From Bilabrum cf. latius (taxonomy: Eukaryota), in contig OZ237735.1 of the NCBI GenBank assembly GCA_965178125.1, positions 372,001-436,000 of the forward strand: DNA of 64,000 nt. Reading direction: 5' to 3'. Each line of letters begins with the position of its first letter. Position 1 is the stretch's first letter. Shown here piece by piece: positions 50,101 to 63,300 of the stretch. Position numbers and translations under genes: made by a program. The notes under the pieces were generated by a model. It saw only the letters and a program-made list of their open reading frames with translations, was not told the DNA's origin and searched no databases.

Positions 50101-51709
50101 TCAATCCACGTCAACATCGGGCAGCTCGCGATCATGAGGGTCTCGCTGCCGTGAATCCTCTTCCACAGTCTAATTCACTGTGACACTGCTTGCCCCTTTT
50201 TCGCTGCTGGGGTGTTCCGACTCTCCGTCCATCTACTAAGACTGCCTGGCGCCAGTCAACAAGCGAGCCTCGAGGCCTTCCAGCGACACGTCCACGTCCT
50301 CATCCGTGTCTAAAGCAGCCCTTAGAAGCACCCTGCAATGGGCACGCAGTAAATCAACCACTTTATGCAGCTGCTTTGCACGCTGACGGGCCGCGGCGCC
50401 GACTGCGCTATCGGCAGGCTCCGCTTCCGCAATTCTGTGGAGCTTGCCGGCCTCGTGCTTGGCAATTCCAAGGGCAGAGTACCCCTCCGAATCCCTAGTG
50501 AGAACCGCCTCTGTGGCCGTAGGACACAAATAATCGCTGTGACTATCCCCCTCTAGTATATAATCGCCCGCTGACACCCTCATGGCCGCTGCCGCTGCCT
50601 CAAGCCGACCATCCGCGATGTAGCACGCAGCCAGCACGCCACGGGCCCCGTTGATGCTGCCGTGATAGGCAGCCCAATGGAGAGGCGTCCACCCCGTTGA
50701 ATCAGCCGCCGACGTCTTGCAGTCTAATTTGACCGAGAGGTCCCTGACGGTGGCAGCGTCGGTGGTCGGCGACCCAGCCGCCACCATGAGGATGCTCCAC
50801 TGGTGCGTGGCAGTCCTGTAGTCGACCGGCTTGCTCGCTTCTTTCATCCTTTCCCAAGCGGCAAAGAGGACTGGATCATGCTAGTCCTCCCAGGCGCTAT
50901 ATATGGCGTGCTCCATGTCAAAGTCGTAGCCTTGCTTGGCGTGGGCCGCCTTGGCAGCGGCGACCAGTTCCGTGCTCGCTGAGCCTGTGGCAATCACGGA
51001 CTGGAGCCCCGGCGGAGACTCCCTAGGACTGCGAGACGAATTCAAGGAGAACCTATGCAGCAGTTAGACTCGCGTAGAGGCAGATCGCGCCGAGAATTGC
51101 AACGGGCGGCCGTGTGCTGCGGGCGGCACACACTCACTCATCCGACAGATCCCCGTACGGGGACGGGTCGCTTCTGTTGTTGAACAGCCACCTATGGATC
51201 GTTGGCGATTCTAGCAGGCGTACCGGTGTTAAGATAACACCAGAAAGCATGAGGTACTAAACTCCAAAGAACAGCGATGCTGCAAGAGCTATGGCCGATT
51301 GAAAGATTGACTGCAGCTCAGAATCAGCGATCGCAACTTCATGCTCGGCGTATGATGACGGGACATAATGATCAGGATCATTTCCGAAGTTGTCGTTTTG
51401 ATTCCCTAGCACCAAGCTCATAAGGGACGGGGGTTTCGGCTTGAGGAAGAACCTGCGCCTCGCCAGCGCATCTGAACCCCTCTACTGTAAAATGTTGCCT
51501 TTGACAGCCGTCCAAACCAAGTACTTGAGCCCAGCCATAATAACGAAAGCAACTCGCATCAGCCATGTTATCTATGGGTTTCTCCATGGTACGACCTGGG
51601 CAAGGACCAGCGTCAAAATTGATGCATACATGGTGAAGCTGCTCTTCCTTGGCGCAGAAGAGACACCCGCTCCGTTGTGCGTATTAGCGGCATTCAAAAA
51701 GGCCTCCAT
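50101..51709 (-). CDS. Pho88/SND3-like membrane domain fused to ankyrin repeats (507 aa); exons 51709-51138 and 51052-50101
   Basis: Exon 1 encodes hydrophobic helices and the pattern ..YAEHEV..........P.RLLESPTIHRWLF..PYG, reminiscent of Pho88. Phase-compatible 85-nt intron GTGAGT...CTAAC...CATAG. Ankyrin motifs GWTPLHWAAYHG and RDSEGYSAL. Stop TGA 50101-50103. Confidence 0.7.
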
Positions 51710-51874
51710 GGCCAATTATAGACGATAGTCAATTTGTGGAACGCAGTTGTCAACTTCGCAACTTTCTCGATGTGAGAGTGAGAAGCAACTCATACCCCGC
51801 GCCGCCGCCGCCGGTGGGCCAGTGGCACTGGTGGCACTGGCAGCAACCTCATCGGAGCCACGCGGGAGCAGAAT

Positions 51875-54800
51875 TCAAAACTTGCCCGACTACCTTAGCG
51901 CAGCCTTCAGCATCGAACGATCTGGCAGGATATCTCCTGAAGCTGCGCGACTGGACCCGCCCTTTCTCGCCGTGCCTCGCTTCGCCTTCCTCCGCTTCGG
52001 CGGGTCAAACACCGTAATCTCCCGGCCGTTCAGCTCATCCGCCGCAGGTCTGGGCCGCTTAGCCGTGGTCCCCGTCCTCATTTCAAATGATCGTCCTCCT
52101 TGCACGATGCCGAGGTAGGCCCCAGCTGGAAGCACAGGGGCAAGCGCCTTGGTTCGGTTCGGCGACTGCAGGCCTCCAGCCAGCACTGCCCCGGTGTGCT
52201 GTGGAGAAAAGATGTCCGAGGGCCCGCCCCGTGCCCGCATGGATCCATTACGCCCCCTGCGAATCGATCCGGCCAGCGGGACTCCATCCCAGGTCTTGTG
52301 CACCGGGCCTAGTTCCCCCGGTGGCGGCTGCTGGGACCCAGCCCCAGAGGCCCCGCCTCTCCTTCTTGAAGTCGAACCCCTCACACCTCCAGCGGTGCTG
52401 GCTGTCCCAGACACCCGCCCGTCAATGGACTCGGCCAACTCGCGCTAGTGCCGGGCCTCTCGCTCGCCCTGGGACGCAGTCTCAGACGGGAGCGAGGGCG
52501 CTCCCCCACGCCCCCCTCCTCTTCGTCCTCCTCTTGCACCTGCACCAGCACTACCATCGCCGCCGAGAGAAAATGGGTTGCCCGGACTCACCAGTGCTGG
52601 CTCCGGCGCCATCCCGCTGGCCCGGGCCTGCCGCACTGCCGCCGCACGCTGCCTTCGCACGGGGTCGCGCGCCAGACCCAGCTCCCGCTCGAGCTCCTCC
52701 TCCCTCGACTCGTCGGCAGCTGACCCTGCAAGGGTGCCCTGGGCGTCCACCCCGGCGGCATATGCATCCGTGTACGCGGCCAGCTTGCCTACTCGCGTCT
52801 AGGTGCTGCTACTCTGACGACCCTGCACACCCCGCCGACTGCCTCGTCCAGCGACTTGCCCCCGATTCGTCCCCGCTGACTGGGACAGCCCGAGCGATGC
52901 TTCTAGCTCCCTCTCTGCCTCCGTTTGACCCAGCCCATCCGCACCCTCAGCGTGCAGAGAATCGACCGCGTCGGCGAACGTGACGTTCAGTGCTCTGTTC
53001 CCCGTCCCGTGCCCCTCTGCCTCCTTGCTCTCCTGCAGACCTGAAATTCGGCTGCCCCTGCGCTGCCACTTGGCGGGGTCGTTGATGGGATCCCCCGCCC
53101 AGCTCGTCAGCATCGAGATGGAGCCCCTGCGGTGGTGCCTCTGGTACACGCCAGAGGCAGCCGTGGACTCGGTCTCGTCAAAGTCCTCCTCCTCCGCTAA
53201 CCCACCAACCACGGTCCTATCGGCCTGCACGGCAGTCGCTCCCTCGTTGCCCTGCTTCTGCTGCTTGATCGCCTTCAGAGTGTCTGCCATTGACTTCCGC
53301 AGACCGCGCCGGGTGCCCGTGCCTGCCTGCACCTGCTCGACGCCCTGCTGCCTGAGCAGACCCTGCTGGCTAAAGGCATACTCGGGGTTGCGCCCCGCAG
53401 TGGTCCGGGCGAGGGCGCCCAGAGGTGCATCGGGGTCAGCCTCGGCCGCCGCCTCCACGTACAGCTTCGCAGGAGCCGGCATGTTCGAAACTGCGGCGGC
53501 AAACCTGTCGGCAGCAGCCGGTGTTGCGCCCGCTTGCTGCCTCAGCGGCAGCGTCTTGCCGCGCCTGTACCGGTCGTACATGAGCGCTCTAGCTCTGGCC
53601 GAGGACGACAACAGCAGTTGGTTGGACTTGGCCTGAGGTCGCTGCAGAGCAGCGAGCCGTTCGTCATGCTCGCGCTTGTCGCGCAGCTGCTCCTATCGTC
53701 GACGGTGGCTGCGCACCAGGTACTCTTCGTGGACCTTACGGCTGGCTGGAGACATGCTTGCTTGCAGATCCATGAGCCCCCTTGCAGCATCTGGCAGGTC
53801 AGGCTTGCTGCGAATGCGACGCGAAACGGGCGCCGACTCCTCGTACCGTTCAGGCTGTTCCTCTGCAGCAAGGCCAGGGGTAGCAATGCCATCATCCTGC
53901 TCTGCTTCGGCATCCGCTAGACTTGACTCGTCATCTTCACCTTCGGGATCGCTGAAGCCTGTCGCACCAAAGACGTCGCCTTCGGTTGGTTCGCGCGTCG
54001 GAGGCGCCAAAGGCATGGAAGAGTCTTCATCGCGGGGCATTGCTAGCGAGCGCAGGTCATGTCCTTCATCGTCGTCTTGTCCAGAAGCCTACCCGTCACC
54101 TGATTCGTCCGGACTCTCTGCGCGCAACTCGTCCAGCGAGCCCGACTTCCTGAACTGCTCCTTGACCTCCTCTTGCAGCCGCCGCGCCATCGCCTTGAGC
54201 TCTGCGGCTGGACGCTCCTATGTGGGGAGAGGGGCGGACGATACCACCGGGGCCTTAGCAGCTGCGGCAATTGCCTGACTTCTACCACGCAGCAGCTGCG
54301 TTATAGGATGTTCGTTCGGTCGACCTTCGCCATCGCTCTCACGCGCAGTTCCAATAGCTGGCTGCAGGTCCTGCTCCGGCTGACTTTGATCCCTTGGCTC
54401 CATGAACTTGGCAGCATCTTCTGCTTGGCTGCTCAAAGTAGGCTCCTCATCCTGCCGTGCTGGCTGCCCGTCTTGCCCTTCGACGAATGGATTAATACCA
54501 AGAGCAGCGGCAGCCTCTGACCCGGACACCACAGCAGCAGGCACGTCACCCACGCCTGCACCCTCGGCAGCAGGATCGGCCGCTACTGTCCCGTCCCCGT
54601 GGCTGTTGCCAGACCCACTCACTGCGAGGGATTGCTGCTACTAGGACGTGCTGGACGATCGACGGGGCCTGCGCGACTGAATGGAAGCGCCAGCAGAGCC
54701 TGCACGGGGCGCAGCTCCATGCTTCTCGTCGCGCGCTCCGGACTCCTCCTGAGCAGTGCTGAGCCATCCACCGATCCGCCTTGGCTTGGCGTCGCCTGTG

Positions 54801-57800
54801 CTCACCACGTCACCGCCACTTCTCATGCCGAAGAGTCTGTCGACGTCATCCTGTCGTTGTCGGCGCGACTCTGCGCTCAGCAGGTGCGACCGCATGGCCC
54901 TCGTAGGCGACGCGATCCCAATGGAGGACCGTCTAGAACTCCCCCGAGGCTTGCTGCCGTCATGCACAAAGGCGTCGTTGGCAGGCTTCCAGCCCTTCTT
55001 GCTGAGCCGCTCGAGGGGTGCTGCCACAGCCGCAGTCGGTGGTGGCAGAGGCTGTCCGGCCGGCGAATGCGTGGCAGTAGCGAGGTCATGCATCGCCGTC
55101 TTGGTGGCGGGCGAGCGGTTCAGCTCCTTCTCCAGAGCTGCAGCCCTCGACTCGGCTTCTTCCTGCTATGGATGTGCTTGCGAACGGCTCGATTTTGGAT
55201 CCGAATGAAAGCCAAGGGCATATGGACCCATCTTCACATCTCCCCAGGCCTCGCTGCGGAGGTTGCGCCGCATAGCCATCAAGCCGCTGGATGGCTGCCC
55301 CTGCGACTGCGAAGCACTATCGGGCACTTCCGGAGACACTTGCTTATCTGCTTCGACTTTCTCATCTTGTCGCTGTGGCGTGCGCTCCTCTGCAGAGCCC
55401 TTGAGGCCTAGCTTGGGAGCTGCGGGCTGCTTCCGTTCTCTGGCCGTCTTGAGTGCGTCAAGTACGGCGTCAAAGTCTTCCGGTGGCACGCCCGATGCTT
55501 TCGCAAGGGCGATGATCTGCTCATCTGTCGCACCAGTACCACCGTCTGTGCCTTCGGCTTCTTTGCTAGAATTGTGCCTGGCTATCGGCTCCTCATCGGC
55601 ATCGCCTGGAACTGAGGCCTACTTTTCTGGAGAGGTTGGCCTGATACCAGTTGCCTCGTCGACCTCATCGCTTGGATCTGTGCTGAGAGTCTGTCGCGTC
55701 TCATGCAGCGGTTGGTCTGTCTATGAGGCTGCGCCTGGCTCTTCATCGCCTGCAGGTGGAACGCTAGTCTAAGCCTCAGTCGAGCTGCCCTTGTCAAACA
55801 TGTCTGCGACAGCTTCAGCCGTCGCCTGTTCGAATGGAGAGGGAGCGTCCGCTTGCCCAACTGCATCACGCTCTGGCGTGCTAGCAGAGTGTTGCTTGCC
55901 CGACGGTCCAGACGGCATGTGCTCCTCGCTCCAATCAAAGCCGCCGTCCGGGTTCTCGTCGCCCTGGTCCGATTCCATGCCATCTCCCGACGGGCGCAGG
56001 CCACCTGGGTGTGCCTGGCTGGCATCACCCGCGTCGGGGTTGCCCTCTTCGTCGGAGCGATCCTGTTCGTATCCGAACTGCCGCATCGCTGCAGCCCTAC
56101 GAGCTTCCTTGGCTCGCGGGCTCTCAGCGTCTACTGCCTGCACCAGCCCTCTGGCAGCGGACCCGTCGTGCGTCTGCAGCAGGACCACGCCATCCGGTGG
56201 GTTGGAGCCAAGCCTCGCCTGCTCGATCGCCGCCATGGCAGCCCTCCCGATGGACCCGTGCACCTCGCTGGGCTTACCTCCACGCAGCCTGGACCCGCGA
56301 TTTGTCCGCCGCGCGGCGCTGCCATACCGCCAGTAACGAGCTGTGCCCCCGCTTGCTGGCCTGCTGGGGTCTGGCCTGCCGTCGGGCGTGCTGGACCCTC
56401 GTGAGGTTCTTGAGGCATCCAGGCGGCTCAATGGAGGCGACGTGAAAGTGGCTGAGCGCTAGGGGGTGGAAGTTGTAGGCTCTGGCATCGGCACTGTGCC
56501 CCAGCCCCGCATAGCTGTCGGTGTCTGCTGGTCCCGCCGGGACTGTGACCTCCTGGCTGCATCAGCAAGGTACGTGCGGGGATGAGGAGGGGAGGCGAAT
56601 ACTTCCTCCGCCCCATCGCCTTTCGATTGAGAGCTGTCCAACCCTGTGCCTTTGTCCTCCATCTCTCGCACCGCCTGACGGACCCTGCCCGCGGGCTGCG
56701 ATCTGGTCAGCTTCTTGCCCCTGCCGCGGGCAGACCCTCTGGCCCCGCGCCCACGACCTGCGGCAGACCTGCCGCGCCGTCCAGTCGTTGTGGAGCCACT
56801 GGATGTGAGCGTGCGCCCCTGCAAGCCGCCCATCGCGTCCTGCTCGTCTTCCAGCAGATCTTGGCTGGCCTGCCTGCGTGCCGCGGCCAGCTGGGCTCGT
56901 TCTGCCGTCCGCGCAGCTCGCTGGGCCCGCCTCACCGCTCGCTCCACCGCTCGCTCTGCCGTCCTAGAGCCTCCAAAATCCGATGAGTCTACTCGTTTTA
57001 GCACCCGCGGCGGCTCATCCTCGCCACCTCCCGTCGTGGACGCAGCCAGATCGCTCTCGTCTGCCGCCCCCCTGCCCCCAGCAGTCACCTGCCCTTCACC
57101 TCGGCGAGGCGCGTACCTCTGACGGTCGGAGCTGCGGGTGCTCCCGCTCGTCTCTCCTTGGACCCTTTCGTGCAGATCGGAGCTGCCCAAGCCTGGTGTC
57201 CCCACTGCCCGGGGAGAGCGCTGCTGGCCAACCAAGTCACCTGCGAGGCTGGCGGGCGTGCCGGGCATGCCTGCGCTTCCACGAGGGGAGCCTCGCTGAC
57301 TAGAGGATGGGCTCAACAAGAGACGCTTAGCTCTAGTATGCGAAGACGGTGATCGCTTCGCAGCGGGCTCTGCTTGCCCCTGCACGGGGAATTGATCGGA
57401 TGCACCTTCGGCAGTACCGCCACCCGCTGGTCGTGCGCGGGTGCCGGTCTATGCTCGATCCTTGGCTTCTTTTGCTCGACGTTTTGCCTCCGCATATTCA
57501 TTTCGCTGCAGTCTGAGCTATAGCTGACGCGAATCAGACGAGACTGCTGAGGCTTGCTTGGGACGTGCCAGCCGCCCCCAGTCTGATGCTTGATCATCGC
57601 TGTCTACAGCTCCGTCGCTGCCCACTCCATTATCAACCGCATGCCGGCCTTGCAGCTCGCTTGGTGGCGACCGAGTCTCTTTCGCAAGCTGCTGCAAGGG
57701 CTGCAGCGGCGACGGGGTGCTATTGCGAATATTTGGCGGGCCGGTCTGTATAGGAGAAGAATCCTTCTTGATTGCGTCCGGCTGGGAGGATCGACTGTCT

Positions 57801-57967
57801 TGTAATTTATCAGTTGCACCATAAAACCCTTGGGCTCCCGCCATTCGTCGGGATCTAGTGATTTCTCGCGCGGCTGCTAGGGAGCTCTCCACATCGTAGT
57901 CATCCTCGGCAGCTTTTCTCAGGTCTTGGAGCCTCTGCTCTCGTTTCTTGCTTCTTGGAGTCGCCAT
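51875..57967 (-). CDS. Large low-complexity (S/A/G/R/E-rich) hypothetical protein, ~2,030 aa
   Basis: Ten same-frame ORF pieces joined only by TAG. Start MATPRSKKREQ (ATG 57965-57967), stop TGA 51875-51877. No domain recognised. Confidence 0.75.
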
Positions 57968-58168
57968 ATGTGTGACCTTTCGTGTATCACGTTTTGATCC
58001 GTCCGCGCAAGGACAGACTACCTTGTTGACCTGACCGCAGTTTTGCGAGCCGTTCGGTTTGGCCGCATTGCACTGCACTGTGGTGCCTTGCGGTCGCAAC
58101 TGGTCGCACAAAATTCAAAATCGAACGCACCCCAAACCTCTTGCTTCAGTTGAGGCCTTCATCATCAA

Positions 58169-59102
58169 ATGTCCACAGGCTCATTGGATAATACCCCCAA
58201 AACAGCAAAGGAGTGGCTGCATAAGATAACTCACCGACATGGCATGCAAAAGCGCGTGGCTCGATTTTTTGGTACCGGTGGTCCCACCCTAATGCGAGCA
58301 TTCGCTTCGGATGGTAGCAAATCCCTTCGAAAGCAAGTAGAAATGTAAGGCATTCCAAGTTTCGGCGCTGGGGCCCCGTTTATTGGATCTAATGCTTGTG
58401 AGTGGATTAGCATCGACGTATCTATTTCGCAGGGTATTCAATAGCGAGCACTTGAAGGAGAGATTCGACCTGTACTGCGTCGGAAGGGCAGGACCATTAC
58501 TAGCAGCCGGTGACGGCGATGACCAAGGCTCGCGCAGCGAACAGGCAGACGCCGTTCTTTGGCTCAAGCACATCTACGTAGATGAAGGGGCTACTGCCAG
58601 GCTCGCATAGTAGCTCGCAGGACATGCAGGCATTGCTGTGTCTTAGTTGCATGAAGTTCTGTCCACCCATACGTCGTCATTGGAGAGCATTGAATCGAAG
58701 GTACTTCGACGGCTGGTTGAGTGAGTCGCTCGGACCGCGATCTTGATCTGTAGTTTGCTCCGCTGCTGCATTTCGTTATGCAATGTGCTTACCTCATGAG
58801 CATGTTGCCCAATTGCTTTTTTTGCGACATTGCAGCCTTCGGTTGTGCGAGTCCTTCCTGATGCCAGGCCGAGCGTCAGCGAATCCCAGCCGCCAGGTCA
58901 GCAGCTCGGCTGCCTCCTCCTCCTCCTCCTCCTCCTCTGCGGTCGTACAGGGGCCCGAGGCGATGATGCGGACGAGCCCAGCGCGTCACGCGCAGCTGCA
59001 GCGGGAGCGAGAAGCTGCCGATGGCGCCGAATTGTCGCAATCGGAGCGTCATGCTCGCGAGTCGGCGGAGGCAGCGAGGGCCCACGTTGAGGAGGAGGAG
59101 GC

Positions 59103-59135
<33 letters not shown>

Positions 59136-60260
59136 GGCTTGTGCTGCTGCTGCTGCTGCAAGTGCCAGTACCAGCAACAGCGCGTAGCTTGTTGCAACAT
59201 CAAGCCCGATGCAGATGGATAGCGACGGGGATGGAGGCGGCTCGGAAGCACTCGCCGCGGCCTCGCAGAAAAAGCCGCGCGGGCGCGCAGTATCGAAGCG
59301 CAGTAAGACGAGCACCACAGGTGCGGATGCAGACACAGCCCAAGCAGCTGCCGCATCGGGAGGCAGCACTACTGGTCGCAAGCGCAGACGCAGCGCTGCA
59401 GCTGCCTCCCCGGAATAGCCCGCAGGGCCGGCATCGGCACCGAGATCGAGATCGGTGAGGCGAGCTCCTGCCGCCTCTGAAACGAAGCCTGCTGTTCGTC
59501 GCCAACGGCGATCACCAGTGGCCTCTGATAATGTAGGGGAGACAGGCAAGCCGAAGGGTACCGCAAGTTCGGTGAGCAGGAGCAAATCGAAGGGGAGAGG
59601 GAGGGGGGCTGCTGCACCCAGCTCCACGAGCTCAGCTGCTGCCAAAAGCCCAGCAGCAAAGAGAGCAAGAAAGGAAACCCCAGCAAAGAAACGGAGCCCC
59701 GCACCACCTGCGAGCCAATCGAAGGCTTCCAGTGCGCTGAAGCGCTCGAAGCCAGCTGCCAAGCCAGCCCCATCGAAGGCCAGCGAGAAGGCCTCGATGA
59801 CTAGAGGGAAGAGCCCGAGCGCAGGCAAGGCCAGTGCCCGGAAGCCTGGCTCGAAGGCGTTCAAATGGACAAAATCTACGGATCTGAACGAAGTATCCGA
59901 CGAGGCAGCTAGCGCGTTTCAGAGCCAAGCTCTTGATTTCATCCGGAAGGCCATGGGGGACGGCTGGTCCATGAAGGCATTGGGCGAAGTCATGGGCATC
60001 AACGCGAGCACATTCTCGGCGCTTAGGCATGGACGACTACCAGCGCGGTCTATCTCAGTGACGCAAGCACACCAGTGAGTATTTTGCGGGTGGTCAAGCT
60101 CTGAATCCCCCTGATTTGAACCCCTTCGACATGTGTGTCACGTGGTGGCCTTGCGAACTACATCTGAACCACGCAAGGCACCAGCCTGATTGTTACACCT
60201 CGCAGGTTCTTGTCCGATCGTACCAAGATGCGAAAGGCCGGACTCGACAAGTACCTCTGA
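58169..60260 (+). CDS. Putative DNA-binding protein with HTH-like segments and a histone-H1-like K/A/S/P-rich tract (585 aa); exons 58169-58344, 58433-58720, 58836-60074 and 60206-60260
   Basis: Three phase-consistent introns (GTAAGG..CGCAG, GTGAGT..TGCAG, GTGAGT..CGCAG); the summed exons are divisible by 3. C-terminal WSMKALGEVMGINASTFSALRHG resembles an XRE/Cro HTH. Poly-Ser and poly-Ala tracts. Stop TGA. Confidence 0.65.
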
Positions 60261-60380
60261 TTCGATAAGCGCGTGCATAGACTGCTGATTTCGTTGAAAG
60301 ATGCTCCATTAATGCTCTTTGTCGCACATGCAAGGTACTAGCGGACTGCCTCTGCCTCTGCCACTCGATCTGACTCCAGC

Positions 60381-63300
60381 TCAGCTCAAGGCACCAACTG
60401 TCCTCTGTGCAGCAATGTCTTTATCGATTCGCTTGGAGGCCTTGTGGTCCTCTAATGACGTCAAGGCTGCCATTTTCTTCCTGTTCCGAAGAGACTCTGG
60501 CTGGTCATCATCAGCGTGCTAGGCGGTACCACGCGAAGGCAGCGGCGATGCGTCGCCAAAGTACCTGTCCACGACTTTGTCGAGCTCTTCCTTGGTCTCA
60601 TGCGTTCGCCCAGGTGAATTCGCGAAGCCGATCGAACCAGGCAGGGAGAACCGCCACCCTTGGGCTGCAGCCATGCCGGCCTTGCTGGTAGGCTGCAGCT
60701 CGCCTGCAACCGCCCCGAGGCTGCCAGCGGAGCGATATGGAACCATCGGACCGTCTGTTGCGCGGTCCTCCATACCAACGACCGGAGCCACCCGTTCGTC
60801 CCCAGGCTTCGGCCGTCTGCCACGCACGATCCGCCTGGGCAAGTCACTGCGGCTCGTGCTGCCAGGCAATGCCACTAGACCGCCTCGCACGTCCCTTGCA
60901 ACGCAGGTGTACACGTACTGGCTTGCCGACGCATCCCACTCCCGCTTCCACATCCTTTTATCAATCGACGATTCATCCACGCCGAGTGCCGTGAGAAGTC
61001 CATCCAGCTGTACCTGTCTCTCAGCGATCTCTGCGTGCATGACTCCGTACCACTTTGCTTCCTGCCCGCTCTCGAGCTCGCTTAGCACCTCTGCGGCGTA
61101 TTCTTGGAGGATCTGGTGCCTCGCGGCTGCCTGCAGCCCCTGGGACTCAGTGGCTTGCAGGCTCTCCTTAAGTATTGCGGAGTATCCAGTGCCACCGTGG
61201 TGCACCAGCGCGCGATACTCACGCAGTCGCGACCTAGCCTTGGAATCGACGCGCGCCCTGACGTCAGTTAGGTCCCTGTACCTCTGCTGCGCAATTTCAA
61301 AGGCACGACGCGGGAGGGTTCGTTCCTCCTTGGCTCTGCGCTCCTCTACCGATGCAGGGATCAGACGGATGCACTCCTGCAGCTGTACCTCCATCCGCCG
61401 CAGCGCGCTCTGCAGCTGCAGGTACCCGAACAGAGCATCCGGGTTCGTGTCGAGCCCCTCGTCCTCATCCATAGCAAGCTGATACTGCTCGTCGACTTCA
61501 GCCTTAACGGCGTTCAGAACCAGGATCTCTTCCTCCACGCGCCTCTGCTTGGGCCCCATGTGAAGCCATCGCTCGGTGGCTGACGGGCGATCGCCCATGG
61601 CAAGCTCACGCTGCACCTGAGCGCGAAGTGCGTCTTCCTCCTCCTTTCTCTGCTGCACGTACGCATTCATTGCAGAGACTTGCTCTCGCTAATGCACGTC
61701 CATGATGTAATCCACCGAGGAGCCTGGTGGGAACCTCTCGTTGCGCCACCTCGTGAGCTGCAGCCAAGTGGTGCGGCCAAGGCAACGGCTGCGCAAAGCA
61801 GAGCGGATAGCGGTGGCAGCACCCAATAACTTGGGGTGTGTCCTCAATAGCTCAATGAACTCATCAAAATCAATGGTGCCGCTGTCGTCCGTGTCTGCAG
61901 CGAGAACTGCTGGGTGCAGCCCCGGGCCAACCCCGTCACAATCTGAGTCTTCCACCCCGCTGCTTGCAGCAGGCGAGCTGCTGAATCGCGTGGCTTGTGA
62001 TGGAGCAGCAAGCTGAGGCGTACTGATTGATTTATTCATGCGCTCTCCCGATGCTGCATCTGTGCCGTGACCCGCCCCCGCCTTGGTCTCAGCAATCGGT
62101 CTGCCACGGCTGTCCTTATTCGCAGTGGCATCCTTGCCATGGCTGCCTGTTGCAGATAATGCAATAGCTTGGCCTGTAGTATTTGTACCGCTTGCATTGC
62201 TTACGCCGGGGTTTGCATCACGCCCCGGCGGGGTGGTGGGTGGCCCGCTCGATGCAATGCTAGACCGCTGACTCTGGATTTGCACCCGACTTGGGCCCTG
62301 GGTCAAAGATTCACCCGAAGCAGAGCATGACTGAGCCATAGCATGGCGCGCTTGGCTCGGTTTACCAGGCTGCGTGCTCTCAATCCTGGCCTGCTCCAGC
62401 TGCTGCAGCATGCCTTGGCTCAGCATCGCGTGCCCAGGCAGGGCGGCCTGCTCGGAGGACAAGGCACCGGCTCCACTCCACCAGTCTGCATCGTCTTCTT
62501 CTGCCAGTTTTTTATGCTGCTTAGAGCCGTGCTAGCTGAAGTCATTCCGTTGGCGGGACGAACTCGGAAACCTGGCAGTGGCAGTGGCAGTGGCAGTGGC
62601 ACGGGTGCTCGTGCTGGTCCCGGCGCTCGCTGGCCCCTCACTTGCAGGAGGCTATGCTGCTTGCATTATGCTTCCATTTCCATTGGTGATGGCAGCGCGA
62701 CTGTCTTGACCTCGCTTCCACAGCCAAGACTTCAGCTCTGCAGACGTGGTTGAGTCGATGCTGCCTTGCCTGCTTCTGCTTCTGTGGCTGCCTTGGGACT
62801 CGAGCACCGAGTCGGAGTCCGTGTCCACGAGAGACACCACGTCGTCATCAGCACCTGCGGTGGCTGGATTGTCCCGAACACCGAGCGCAGTGCTAGCTTC
62901 TACGCCCAAGGGCACTATTGTGTTGGTTTGCGGGGTGCTTTTTGACTGCTGTGCTGGTTTGTCTACGACTGTAGCGTTTCGATCCGAAGTGGGCCGCCCG
63001 GATTCGGTGAGATCGTCGGGCTTGACGGCCTCTGTCGGCTGCTCTGTCAGCATTCGATACAGCGCATCACACTGTGGCAGAGTCAGTGGCTCTGGTTCTG
63101 TTATACCTTCCCAGTCGTCTTGCTCCCCTCGAATGATTCGAGTGCTTCTGTCATGTCCCGTTCCACTCCCAACGAGCTCGAAACAGAAGCGAGCGATAGC
63201 GGCGTTATCCATTGTGCATACGTTCCACAACCCCGCAACAAACTCCAAGTAGTCAAGTTCACCGCTGCCGTCCTTATCGAAAAGGGCAAACAGGCGCTCC

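Noticed and set aside
58914-59160. (TCC)n and (GCT)n microsatellites
   Set aside because: They simply encode poly-Ser and poly-Ala tracts of the HTH/H1-like protein.
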